Shown piece by piece: positions 40,796 to 53,588 of a stretch of 64,000 nucleotides of DNA (its first letter is position 1; every line of letters begins with the position of its first letter). A model generated the notes under the pieces. It was not told the DNA's origin, searched no databases, and saw nothing but the letters and a program-made list of their open reading frames with translations. Location: assembly GCA_013265495.1 (NCBI GenBank), contig MU058059.1:1240001-1304000 (forward strand), in the 5' to 3' direction. The DNA comes from Vicugna vicugna. Its lineage: Eukaryota. The translations under genes and the position numbers were made by a program.

Positions 40796-43713
40796 TTTTT
40801 TACATTTTTTTGTATTGAGTAATAGTTATTTTACCATGTTGTGTCAAATTCTAGTGTAGAGCACAGTTTTTCAGTTATACATGAATATATATTCATTCTA
40901 TTTTTTTTCACTATGAGCTACCACAAGATCTTGTATATATTTCCCTGTGCTATACAGTATAATCTTGTTTATCTATTCTGCATTTTAACATCCCAGTCTG
41001 TCCCTTTCCCCCCCCCGCCCCCTTGGCAACCACAAGTTTGTATTCTATGTCTATGAGTCTGTTTCTGTTGTGTATTTCTTTTTCTTTTTTTTTTTTTAGA
41101 TTCCTCATATGAGCGATCTCATATGGTATTTTTCTTTCTCTTTCTGGCTTACTTCAGTTAGAATGACATTCTCCAGGGACATCCATGTTGTTGCAAATAG
41201 CGTTATGTTGTCGGTTTTTGTGGCTGAATAGTATTCCGTTGTATAAATATACCACATCCTTATCCAGTCATCTGTTGATGGACATTTAGGCTGTTTCCAT
41301 GTCTTGGCTATTGTAAATAGTGCTGCTATGAACATTGGGGTGCAGGTGTCATTTTGAAGTAGGGTTCCTTCTGGATATATGCCCAGGAGTGGGATTCCCG
41401 GGTCGTATGGTAAGTCTGTTCCTAGTCTTTTGAGGAATCTCCATGCTGTTCTCCACAATGGCTTTCCTTGCCTCCTTCCCTCTCCCACTTTTAATGATTT
41501 CGATGTCGTCTTTTACAATTTTGTGTTTATTCTTTTTGTAATTCATGGCAGTTATCTCCTTTCCAGTTATGAGTTTCTCATTTTTGTAGCATCCTGCTTC
41601 TTTTCTAGAGTAGACCTGTCAGTATGTCTTTTAGCATGGGTTTAGTGCTAAATCCTTCTTAGTTTTTGCTTGTCTGTGAAGTTCTTTATCTCTCCTATTC
41701 TAAAGGATAGCCTTGCTGGATAGAGTATCCTAGGCTGCATCTTTTTTTCATTCAGGACTGTGAATATATTTTGCCACTCCCTTCTGGCCTGTAGTGTTTG
41801 TGTAGAGAAATCAGCTGAGAGCCTTATGGGGGGGGGTTCCCTTGTAACTCACTCTTTGTTTTTCTCTTGCTGCCTTTAGGATCATTTCTTTATCCTTGAC
41901 TCTGGCCATCTTGATTATGATATGTCTTGATGTGGGTCTCTTTGGGTTCTTCCTGTTTGGGACCCTCTGAGCCTCCTGTACTTGGATATCTGATTCCTTT
42001 AGGTTTGGGAAGTTTTCAGTCATGATTTCTTCAAATGCCTCTTCAATCCCCTTTGTTCTTTCTTCCCCTTTTGGAACCCCTATTATGCGTAGATTGGCGT
42101 GCTTTGTATTATCCCATAGGTCCCTTATATTGTTTTCATTGTTCTTTGTTCTTCTCTCAGCTGTTCTGATTGGGTGCTTCCTGTTGTCCTGTCTTCTAGG
42201 TCACTTATTCGTTCCTCTGCATTATCTAGCCTGCTTTGTACAGCCTTTAAGTCAGCTCTCATCTCAGCAAGTGAGTTTACTAATTCTACTTGGTTCTTCT
42301 TTATAGCTTCTATTTTGTTTTTGACATATTTTATATCTCCAAACACTATTTCTTTTAGTTCCTTCAGTACTTTGATCACTCCTTTTTTGAAATCTCGATC
42401 TTGTAGGCCATCAATGTCTATTTCCTTGATCGTGCTTTCAGGGGATTTCTCTTGATCTTTTAATTGGGAGTGGTTCCTCTGCTTCTTCATATTGCTCACA
42501 TCTCTCTGGCACTGTGGCTTAAGAAGTATCAGTTATCTAGTTCTCCTGGAGACAGTGTGCTCTTAATGATTTTATTGAGAGGTCTTTGTGTCTTCGCCCT
42601 GTTTTGCGAACTCAGCTTGCTGTTTCCAGAGGCCCTTTGTTGGCACCCTCGTCTGTGCTGCTCCCAGTGGCTGTCAGCTAGCAGATAACACCCCCTCCCA
42701 GCACCGTGGTCAGGTGCTGTGTTCCTGCTGGAAAGGCGGGGAGCCACCCGCCGTCTCCTGGTGCCAGTCACTCTGCGGCTACATGCAGCTGCTGCTCCGC
42801 CTTGGGTGAGCACTCCAAAGGCAGGCTCCTGAAAGATCGCAGAACAGCCCCGCCCCTGCTCCATGCCAAATCTCAGCTTGTTAGTCTTGGTGGCGCGAGT
42901 TCTCTGAGGTGCCAGGGCAGAAAGATCCTGTCTGCCTTGGGCTGTAAACAAGTCTCAGTCCTGCCCAGGAGGTTGCGGAGCCCGGGGTGCAGATTCAGGT
43001 CCAGCCCCGCCCCCGCCCGGGTGCTGCACACAGGAGGAGATGGCGGCTGTGGCTGCCACCTCTCTTCTTGCGAGAAGTGCCAGTAATGGTGCCATGGGTC
43101 TGAGGAGACAAAGGCAACGGCGCCCCTCCCTTCAGGGGACACCAGCTGTGTTGCTTTGCTTTTTTTGCAATTTATAGGGGACTGAGGTGGTTCTGCTCCT
43201 TATCCCCTCCCAGCCACGGCGTGTAGCCCGCTGCAGTCCCCGGGGCTGCCTCAGTGCAGCCACCCAAGTCCTCCACCCGGCTCAGGCGGCCTGTCCCGGC
43301 CCCCAGCTGCTGGCTTGCATCTCGGGCTGGGTGTTGCGGGGACCCTCTGTGCCCGTTTAACTCAGTTCTGTCAGTCACGGGGTGCTCCAGGCAGATCCGA
43401 GCCTCGGAGGGTCCCCCTCCGTACCACTGGCCTCTTCGTTGGAGAGGGGAGACCCAGCAAACGAGCGCCAGCCCTCCTTTGCCGTTCCCTTCCCGCGGGA
43501 CCAGTCCTGCACTGTTTTGCTTTTTCTTCTTTCTTTTCTCCTTTTCTCCTACCAGATTTTTGGCGTCTTTGTCTTTCGAAGAGGGCGATGTTCTGTCGGA
43601 GTTGCGCAGGTTCTCTGGTTGGCTGAGTGGGTCCATAGATGTGAGTTTTGGTGTATTTGGGGGAGAGGGTGAGCTACAAGCATCCTTCTACTTCGCCATC
43701 TTGCTTCTCTCTC
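40796..43713 (-). mobile_element. Internally deleted LINE-1: 5'UTR + disrupted ORF1 + ORF2 C-terminus + 3'UTR + polyA
   Basis: 5' end GAGAGAGAAGCAAGATGGCG (YY1-type motif at 43694-43703), CpG-rich ~1.2-kb 5'UTR, ORF1 from 42499, ORF2 C-terminal peptide PLWRTAWRFLKRL...KQPKCPS, A-rich tail, 7-bp TSD agcaatt at 40789-40795 and 43714-43720. Confidence 0.9.
41605..42499 (-). pseudogene. L1 ORF1p remnant with frameshifts
   Basis: Segments MSNMKKQRNHSQLKDQEKSPE...SRLDNAEERISDLEDR (coiled coil) and MTENFPNL...QEAQRVP...RHIIIKM (RRM region), ending GLL* with TAG at 41605-41607; split across frames. Confidence 0.85.
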
Positions 43714-43720
43714 AGCAATT

Positions 43721-44215
43721 GTTAATAATATCATTTTACAGGGAAAATAAAGACCTAGATGGCTGCAGTGACTTTCCAAGGTCACTCTGGTAGTTCATAA
43801 GTGAACTCTAACTAGAAACCAGCACCACAGAACCCCAGCCCACACCCTTCCTCCTCGGGTTCTTGGGAAGGCTCACAAAGCCAGAAATGTCAGATTGTTG
43901 TCAAAAGACGTCATCTTCTCCTGTAATGTCAGGTTATCATCAGGAGATGTCATCTTATCCTTACCATATCAAGGTCAGGAGCTCTGGCTTCGGAGACGGA
44001 TGTACCTGGATTCTCTATTCATTTCAGTCCTTGCCAGAATATATGTCCCAGATTATTTAAGCTGCAGAGAGTGTTTTTTAGTTCTTGTATAAAATAGAGA
44101 TGAGAGTAGCATCTGCCTCATAGAAGTGGTTTAAGAAATTAAATGAGGTAAGAGATGACGATACCTGACACAATGCCTGGCACCTAGGTATTAAATGAAC
44201 ATTCATTTTTGCTGT
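43721..44215. mobile_element. Two MIR fragments (~43721-43850 minus; ~44085-44215 plus)
   Basis: cattttacagggaaaataaagac...gtgactttccaaggtcac; gtataaaatagagatga...aattaaatgagg...tgcctggcacctagg. Confidence 0.65.
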
Positions 44216-44949
44216 GGTCAGTGGACAGGAAGGTGCTGTAAATTCTCGCTTGAGGTACTCTTGAGGATCCCAGCACACAGCAATGATGGATGGAAAAAGA
44301 AGAAAAAAGGTGAATGACCACAGCTGGCTGAACAGTCACTGTCAGCTCCCTTGGACCAGAAATGCAACAACAGTGCAACCGGAGGTTAGACCAGAGGCAT
44401 GGGCCTGTGGGGGCCTCCAGGATGGGAAGCAGGCAGGGGGAGGGGCAGGGTGGCTCCTGCAGGAGAACGAAGACTGAAGCCACCTTCTTGAGCCGGGTGG
44501 AGCCTGGCACTGGTACTAAGGGCGGTACTAAGCCATCCCTTATGAGAGGAAGCTGTGGAAAACTGCTCTCAACAAGCTAGTGCTTCAGGAAAGGTATAAA
44601 CCAGGGAGCACAGAGACAGTGGGGCAAGGAGGCACCCCATGAAACCTCATATTGCCCGGAAGGCTGAAGCAGGGATCACTGCACTGAACTGGAGATCTGA
44701 GTAATAAGACAAGACCCAAGCCTGGGCCGTAGGTGCTGGCAGGTGGAGGGCAGCCCACGACTTACAGACTGGGGGTCCCCAGCACAGAGGGAGGGAGAAT
44801 AAACACAGGACAGACAGCCGAATCCAGCACCTCAGAACCATCCTGCAGATCTGTTGGCTTCAAAAGTTTTTTGGTTGGAAAATGCACAAAGACATTGGAA
44901 GCTAAGAAGGGAAACAAAATCGATAGTGAACGTGAATTAAGTCCAGGAG

Positions 44950-46330
44950 TTAAAATATCTATCAGCCTGAGAAACACATTAACAGGTATGTTTGGAAGGT
45001 TCAGAGAGAGACACACAGGGATAGTAATAAAAAAAAAAAGGAAACAAAACCCAAGCAGAAATAAAACAAGGCCATGTGGTAATGACTATGAGTCAGTTTG
45101 AAACTTTGGAAATAAACAACGTTGTTGAAACTAAAAGCTTCATAAACCATTTAAACAATAGACTGGACACAAAGAATCAAATGAACTTGAGGCCAGTGCT
45201 GAAGAGTTACTACAGAATGCACAATAGGGAGACCAATGTTAAAACATGGAAGAGAAGTTTAGGTGCATAGTGTTAGACTGACAGAGTTAATGGCTCAGAG
45301 CTTTCCAGAATTGGAGAAGGACTTGTCCTCACAGTGAAAGTACCTACCACATGCTAACAAAGGTAAACAGAAGTAAAACTATGACTCGTCGTCAGAGTGC
45401 AAACAGAGAACATCAGAAACAGAGAAAGTTATGGAAATTACCAGGGAGAAAAGATAGATCATTGGCAAAGGTAGAAAAGAGTGGATTTTAAATACTGACA
45501 AATAATTTTCAGTTTTGAATTTTATACCTCCCCAGACTATCATTCAAGATTGAATGCAAAATAGAGGCATTTTCAGACGTAGGAAGACAGAGACCTTCAC
45601 TGGTAGAGGTTGCAGCTCATCAAGAGAAAGGAAGCCTGAAGAGGGGGAAACACCAACACTGCGTACAGGAATTAATAAAATATGTTGTTAGTAAGTATCA
45701 TTAAAATTGGTTATAAAATACAAATAACTAACGGGGGATATGAATTTAGTTTAGAAAAAAACCTTCTGAGTAGATAAATATGCTGCTAAATTTATAGTTT
45801 GGTGTGTATATTATATATTTTAAATACTTACAAAAATAATATAAATACAAGCTCTAGTTTCCAAACTTTCCATGAGAGACCAAAGTTGGGAGTATAGGAA
45901 ATCATATTCAGTAGAAATGGGAAGAGGAAGTGAAGCAGACAAAAGGGATGATGAAAGAAAACACAGTGTGAGATGTAGATATTAATTCAAATGTAAGAGT
46001 GATAACAATTATGATTATGTCTACCCTTTAGCTTAAGACAGCGGCTACTGGAATGAATAAAACACAAAATCCAGCCATATGCAGCTTTTAAAAGACTTAC
46101 AAACAAAATGATACACATATGTGGAGGATGAAGGCAAGAAAAAAGATAAACCAGGTGAATACTTACTAACTAAATGCTAAAAGACAGCCCGTATAGTGAT
46201 GTTAATATGAGGCAAAATAGAAGTTAAGAGAAAAAGCATTAACAGGAGTAAAACAGCAGCAAAACATATAATCAGACAAGAAGCTGTAACAATGTGAACT
46301 TTGTAATGCAGACATTAGGGATGAAAGACA
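44950..46330 (+). mobile_element. Ancient L1 ORF1 and ORF2 endonuclease-region remnant
   Basis: Degenerate ORF1 motifs (aatagactggacaca; gaattttatacc...actatcattcaag...gcattttcagac) followed by EN-like motifs (caaaatccagccatatgc; gatgttaatatgaggcaaaatagaagttaag). Confidence 0.6.
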
Positions 46331-47139
46331 CGATTAGCATGTATAAAACCGTGTCCACTGGCTTTATTTTTGTTCAGTTCAATGTACTGTATTCTATCTT
46401 AGCTAAGCACTCCCTTGGAGTTTTAAAGGCTAAAATCACCAGGAAATTGTTTTGTTTTTGCTTTTGTTTTTTGTTTTTATGGAGAGTGTTAATGTTTGGC
46501 TGACAGGGTCCATCTTGGCTGAAAAAAAAATAGGATTGGAAAAGTTTTAGTTAGGTGAATGAAACAGAGAGCTAAACTTGTTACTTAGGATTTTTTTTAT
46601 ACATCCTTAACCCAAAGTGTTAGGATTCAAGAGGGCGACCCAGCTCTTCCATTAAATGTCTCTTTTCCAGTGTTAGAAGCAGAGGGTTGTTCTGGATCAT
46701 TTTTTTCTGACACATTCCTTCTGTCATTCAATGGGACATATGATCAAAGCATAAACCTCGGAAGTTCATTCAGTGTGACCTCCTGGGTTTATTGTCAGTA
46801 CCCATTAATAATTCATACAAAGCTCCAAGATCCTGGCTCTCCCATTCAGATGTTGAAAATCCGACAAGTTCTGGGTCAGGGACAGACATTCCATGGTGAG
46901 GGCAACAGAGGTCACTGGACATAGGAATCAGAATGAGCCCTCAAGTCCGACACCCGCCCCTCAGCCGCTCAGGCGGTGACCTCTTCTGCCTGAAAGGGGA
47001 AGAGCTCTGTTACGCGCCCCTCACCCCAGACGTACACACAGAAGCTCGGAAGCTTTTTGGTGGTTTTTCATTATTTTTGTGCATGAGTCCCAGCAATGAG
47101 GCATTCATAACCTTTCAGAGTATTTTCATTAATCACAAA

Positions 47140-47248
47140 AGAATTGATCATTTCACAGTATACACAAGTATTGACTCCTTATGTTGTATACTTGAAGCTA
47201 ATGAAATGTTATAGTCATTTATGTCTCAGTAAAAATAGATAAGTAAAA
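47140..47248 (+). mobile_element. Short L1 3' terminus
   Basis: gatcatttcacagtatacacaagtattga...tatgttgtatacttgaagctaat...tctcagtaaaaa. Confidence 0.65.
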
Positions 47249-47467
47249 CTAGCCTTACAGACACGCACACATAGCATTTTAAGAAAGGAAACAGCGGACA
47301 CCAGGAAGTGATGGAGTGCTGCTCTGGAGAACGTTAACTGCCTGTGAGGAAGTGTATTTCACATGAAATTCTTTGGGCTTTGAAAAAGAGAGATTCTGTG
47401 TGTGCACTAACAGTAATTATTTTGGAATCAAGTCTTTGTTTTCAGATTCCTGAGAGACATTTTTCTT

Positions 47468-47621
47468 TTTCTTTTTCTTAAAAACTGAAGTATAGTTGAT
47501 TTACAATGTAGTGTTAGTTTCATGTGTACAGCAAAGTGATTCAGTTGTACATATACATATTTTTCAGATTCTTTTCTGTTATAGGTTACTACAAGATATT
47601 GAATATAGTTCTCTGTGCTGT
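47468..47621 (-). mobile_element. Short L1 3' end
   Basis: L1 3' terminus motif; 14-bp TSD with one mismatch (gagacatttttctt at 47454-47467; gagatatttttctt at 47622-47635). Confidence 0.85.
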
Positions 47622-49156
47622 GAGATATTTTTCTTAAGACTGAAAAAAGGAAAAAAAGGATCAGGTGATCAAAATGAATAGGAACCCTTCATGGGCCCCC
47701 ACCTACTACCTGTCTCCTCTCTGTAGGTGCCGGGATTGGGGGGGGGTTAGGGAACAGCAGAGCGTTGTAGATGGAGACAGGTGTGCAGGCTCATGCCTGC
47801 TCACACTTACACCGCATGTAATACACATGCTGAAACTCCTTGTTGCTTTAAACAAACTGAATTGACTTGAAGCTCTCAGTTGTGTTAACCTTGTTCCCTA
47901 TTTTGTGGGTCACCAGACTCGTGTGTTCACACATCTAAGTTGGGCTCTGGGGGACCAAGCACAGAAGAGCGTTCTAATGTCCTAATGGAGAGTTGGATGC
48001 AAAAGGATGGAGTCACAGGGAGGAGAGATTGTCAAATGATTGACCTCAGTGAGGATGCTGGCATGTTCCCTGTTCTGTGCTTCTCAGAATAAAATCTCAT
48101 GCCTTGAAGGAGCTAGTGGATGATCTTGAAGGTCTTCACTGGGGATAGCTGTGATGTCCTGACTCCCTGGGACACTCACAGTAGCCTGGTGGGGTAATGA
48201 CACTTGAGACGTCTTTGCACTACACAGGGGGCTGTTTTATCAGCTGGCTGACTGGCTTTATGTTTCTATTCCATATCTTTTTTCCTTTCTGTAATGCTTT
48301 AAAAATAGTTCTTGGTGACTCGTGTAACTTTTCTGAGTCTCAGTGTCATGTTTCTGAAAGACGAAAAACGAACAAACTGCACCCCCACCTGCCTCCTCTG
48401 CAGTTTTCAGACCTGCTCTTTGGTTGCCCACAAGGCGGACAGCCCCAGAGCTGACTTGTCTGGCTTTAGAGCTGACTTTGCCCAGCTCTTTGCAGCTCTG
48501 CGTCTGGCAGCGTCGCGTGGGCAGCCTGGACTCCGTCGTGACGACAGTGCTTCCACCGCGGGAGCAGGCACACACCACAGGCTCGGGCGTTTTCCGTGAA
48601 GCCAGTTGTTAAAGATTCCGCTGCTCTTTCCCGCAAAGACAGCGTTCCAAAGCCTGAGGCAGGGTGTCCTTTCAGACGCTGTTCTGCTTGAAAAGGTGAC
48701 TGGAAAGTAAGGACAATTGCACGTGGTAGCTCGTAGGCATTTGTGTTTCTGTTAGTGTAAGACAGCAATATAAACACAGCTGTGCCTAGCCAACAGAAAA
48801 TCTTTTTTAAAAAACCCAACAGAAATGTGTCCTTTTGCTGAAGTTTTTGATTCTCTTCTATTGTAGAATGTTGACTGTACCAAGTGATAATAATCCTTGC
48901 CAAACATGCTTCTCCCATCAATCATGGAATGAAACATTTAATGAGTGTTTACTGTATGTGAGACACAGTGATAGGCAATGTGCTAGATACAGAAAGTAAT
49001 TGTCTAGCGTCAAATGATCGTCTTCAAGAAGTATGTAATTTAGCGAGAGGCCCGACACGCACACGTGAAAGGTTATGTAAGAGGGTTTCTAGAACACGTG
49101 GAATTTGAATGCATCCAGGAAGTGTTCACCTTGAGGTCTGTCTCAGTACATTGTTG

Positions 49157-49213
49157 CACACACACACACACACACACGTACATGTGCCCGTGCGTGCGCG
49201 CGCACACACACAC
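49157..49213. repeat. (CA)n/(GC)n compound alternating purine-pyrimidine repeat
   Basis: cacacacaca...gtgcgtgcgcgcgcacacacacac. Confidence 0.9.
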
Positions 49214-51749
49214 CCTATTGAAGATTCTTATTAAAGGTTTCTGAAGGATGGGCCTCCAGAGGACAAAGGTGGGCTGTAGGGGGGACTGCATGTTACATCC
49301 TAAAGCAAAACTTTCTAAAAATTCTCTCTGAATATTATTTCTCTTTCCCCAAATTACTGCTCCCAGAGCACCCGTCTATGTCTCCTCCTCCCTTTCCTCC
49401 TTTGCCTTTCTTTATCCTCCTCTCTCAGGCCACATGTAGGTTGTATGCTCCCATCTCTCCAGAAATTCTTGAGTTCGGCAAAACAAGGATCTTGTGTGGG
49501 GGACCCACCTTTAGAAGGGAAAGGAGGAAAAGGGTGTGAATTCATATGATTTCATGGGCTTCTGCACCAATAAAAGACAACTCCACAAGCATCGTAGGGA
49601 GTATGTGAAGATGGGTGCTTCTACTTCCTCAAAAAGCCCCCAAATCCACAACCCTTTTTTCCTCTCCCCAAAGAGGAGTCACCTGTGCTTCCAAAGGACT
49701 GACTAAAGGACAGACAGACTTCAGGACATCTCCCAGTTAGTACACAAGTAGGCTCAGACCTCAGATCTTTGGATCCTCACCAGGGCTCCAACTGCTCTTG
49801 TATTTAGTGCAAGAGTTTTCTTCCAAATAATTCTAAGATGACGATGTATTTGAGGAGAGATAAGTGTGGGTTCCCTTTGTTGTGCAGTTTTACAAGCGAA
49901 CCTCAGTATCTGGCCAGAGAGTGACACTGTCCAGCGGTCCAGTCACACAACATCGGTTACCAAATTCAGCTGCTTTTTTTCTTTTCCAGTTTGGTATCCA
50001 TCAACTAGAATTTTTTTTTAGAACAGTTTTCCACTTGTTGTCAACGTTGGTGGACTCAAATGATTTCAGTATGAAGGGGCATTTTGGCAGTGAACTCTGT
50101 TGTCAGCAACTTTGCAAAGTTCCTGGCTTGTGAATTTCCAGCCTCCTCCTTGCAGCCTGGTTGATAGGTTCAGAAAGCTCACTGCACTGGTAAGAATCTT
50201 TATCAGGACCCAAGGTTATCTCCGTGATTCTCGCACTTTCCCACGTTTTTGTGAAGATAGAGCCACGAGCCTGGGACGCGGGGAGTCCAGAGCATTATAA
50301 AATCTCTGTGTGAAGTCGTTAAATTAACAGCAACCTGATTTCCTTCATTTTCAGGCCTGAACCTCTGTAATAATCTGAATAGCTTCCTGCCTGCTTACAA
50401 TCAGCTAATAAGACTCTGACACTCTGACAGGATCAAAGGCACTTGAATCCTTCAAGCGAATCTCACCAGGGCCTCAGGGATACTTGGCTCATCTGGATTC
50501 TGGGCAGTTCTTCCATCAGCAGCAGCAGCTCCTTTTGGCCACAGGACCTTGAGGGAGTTATTTACACCTTCCTGAACCTGAGCCGTATCATCTCCTAAGG
50601 GGCTCAGGTCACATGCCATGTCTTCCCAGGCTGTTCTGAACATCCAGATTAGCCAACAGCTACAACATCACTTGGAAACTAGAAAGCTGTCTACAGTACA
50701 TCAGTAACGTAGGTCCCCTTGGCTGATGAGAACAGCAGGACCGCAGTGTGCACACGCACTGGAAGGCCAGTTCTCAGACATACTCTGTAGCATTTTTAGG
50801 ATGGTGAACATGCAGAAGCATTAGGGGTTGTCTTAAGAAGGTTATTCAGTCTTTCCTGGTTTCTAATACGTTGCCCCCAAGTTAAAGCAGTATTGTCAGC
50901 ATGGCATATGATTGTGCTGTCTTTGACACAGATACATTTTGGTGCCCTTGGCTTTCTGTCTAATGTGGTGCGGGGGAAGCAGCCTGCAGACTGCAGTGTG
51001 ATTCTCGAAGCTAGGAGCTAGAGGCTCAGCTCAGGACTCACTGTAGTGGGGGGAGTGGAGGGTGATGGATGGACAGTGCCATTGTCACCAAAAATCGGGG
51101 GACACTCTTGTTCACAGTGGAGGCATCCAAGCCATCTCCGTTCACTTAGTCACTCAGTCATTTAGAAATTGTGCCCCAACGCTGTATAGTTTCACTGTCG
51201 CTGCTGTTGCACCCATCGTGGTTTAATCTGGGAGGGCGACCTGAAAAGACGGTGCCGGGAAGAACCGGTGGTGGGGTGGGGCATGGAGGGAACCCAGGCA
51301 GGTGTGTGGGCTGAGATCCGGCTCACCACCAGCACCTGATCCTCTGAAAACCGACGTGTTGCCCACTGAGCCCAATACTGGGCTGAGCACATCCTGAGCG
51401 CTCAACCAGTATTAGTGGAATAAAGGCATAGACCTGGCTCTCCTCTCTGAAACCAAACACCGTATTACTCAGTGGATGTGTTTTTGGTCCCCTAACAGCC
51501 TGAGGGTTTGGGCTGCGCCTCCCACTCTTGGTCCCTCCTTGGGCAGCTTTGCCGGGCGAGGCCTGGAGTGACCCGTGATGTCGCCCTCTCTACCAGGTGG
51601 CTATGGGCTAGGCTGACTGCCCCGATGGCGTGTGTGAGCGACCAGCTTGGCCAGATGGTTAGAAAAACCTTGATGTGCAGAATGAGGGGAGGGGTGGTCA
51701 GCTTGGGATTTCCCCCCGAGATTTTTCCAGCATCTCTTTGTATCTGTGC

Positions 51750-51955
51750 TGCTAGCAGGTGGTTAGCCATGAGGACCACATGCTGGGAGTACCCGGGTTC
51801 AAATCTCCCTTGCTACCTGTGTGACCTCGAGCAGGCCTTCTTGTGCCGGTTTCCCCATCTGTAGGATGAAGGCAGTAGAAGCACGTGCTGTGCAGAGTGT
51901 CTGTGAGAACCGGGAAAGTTGAGTGAAAGTGGCTGTTACTGTTATTGTTGTTGTT
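51750..51955 (+). mobile_element. MIR SINE
   Basis: ccgggttcaaatctccc...ctgtgtgacctcgagc...gtttccccatctgta. Confidence 0.7.
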
Positions 51956-53588
51956 ACTCTAAGCAGCAGCAGCAGCTTATGCTCCCTTGCTGCTGCTTCC
52001 CAGGAGCCTCCAGGAGGAGGAGACGGTCCGGGAAAGTGCAGGAGGGGCCCCTGTCTGGCTTGGGCCTCCGCATCCCCCAGCCAGGCCCTCCCCCAGAGCC
52101 TGAGGGAGGCGGCGGCTCTGTTCCATGCTTCGTTCGGAACAGAAGCCTTTGCTATTTTTGTCCTCCTGAAGGGACAGCGGCTGCCGGGCTGCCCTCTCCG
52201 CAGTGCAGTCGGGATGCTGGGCTCTGAGCAGGAACTGGCAGAGGAGCCAGGGAGCTCAGGACTCAGAGGAGAAGGCGCCGGGCCAGCTTGCTGTTCGCAG
52301 GAGGAGGAAGCGAGTCAGAGGGAGGGGGGAGGGAGGGGCAGCTGGGTTCCCTCCACCTTCCCACAGGCAGCCTCGGCCTCAAGGGCCCGCGCCTGGTCGC
52401 CCGTGCCCCTCAGCACTGCCCTGCTGTGGACATTCAGGCCGTGTAACTTCAAACAAGTGTGTCCTCTCTGTGACCTGTTCTTGCCTTCCCATCCTGGAAG
52501 CTGGGAGGTGGGCTGGATGCAGAGAAAAGAGCATCGTCTGAAACCCACCTCACAGCTCAAGGACCTGGAAGGCACAGAATGGAAGGGCAAACAGGAGCTA
52601 CTGCCTCTTTTGTTTCATCTCTAAAAATAGAAAAAGAACCATGAAACCATGGTCAGGCCGACACCATGTGATGTGACTTCTTCGTTTCTGTGGGGACCTA
52701 TTTTGCATAGAAGACTATTTTCTGGATTGGTACCTCCCAGCTGTATTGTCTCCAGCGGCAGAACGGGTGTCATTTTGGAACTACGAGGAGGACCCCAGGG
52801 GTCAGTCTGCCTGGTGTTGCTTTTCCAGCAACCTTCTTGGCTCTGTGTCCAGGCTGACCTCGGACGGTCACCAGCCCTGCATGGTGAGCGTGCACCGCAG
52901 GTGTGGCTGTGGTGACTCGGGAACCGTGGGTTTTGTTTTGTCTTGTTTTGAGGCATAATGGGCATACATAACATTATGCTAGTTTCAGGTCCAAGGAGCC
53001 GCATTATTTAATCTAAACTGAACTAATGAAGTGTAAATAGCCCCATGTGGTCAGTGCTGCCGTCCCAGATGGGGCTGACTGACCCACACGAGGGAGAAGG
53101 GCCAGAGGTCAAAGGTCTCGGGCCCGGTGGCCGTTCACGCGGCCACACTGGCGTCTGGACCGAGGTGAGTCTTAGTTGCTTTATCTCTGCTGTGGGAGCA
53201 GCTGTCTACTCTCTTAAACAGGAATGAGGTCAAGACCACATTAAAATAGCAAAGAATGTGATCTCCTGGGGTGGGTCCCATTTCTCCTTAGAGCCCAGCG
53301 TCGAGCTGCCAAATCACCGGGGAGGACCCGTCATTTCTTCCAGGATTCTTAAGACGCCCAGGCGGCCTGCTCAGGCTGGGATGAGAGTCTGAGGTCAGGG
53401 TAGCCCAGAGGGGACACAGCGAGGCCACCCTGGGCCTCTGGGGCCAGGATTCTGGTCCAGGGCCTTGGGAGGAATGAGTCCTGAATCAAAAGACCAACCA
53501 AAGGAAATGGGCAGCCTTGCGGAGAGGGGAGAGGACAGCCCCCGAGGATGAGCCCAAGGGAAACTGGGTTCGGAAGAGGCCTGAGCAC

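Noticed and set aside
42529..43793. ORFs in the L1 5'UTR, including antisense ORF0-like candidates
   Set aside because: GC-rich UTR yields chance ORFs; ORF0 is described for primate L1 and no similarity can be supported here.
51923..52624. 233-aa ORF
   Set aside because: Non-ATG start within a MIR tail, GC-rich, no recognisable homology or exon structure.
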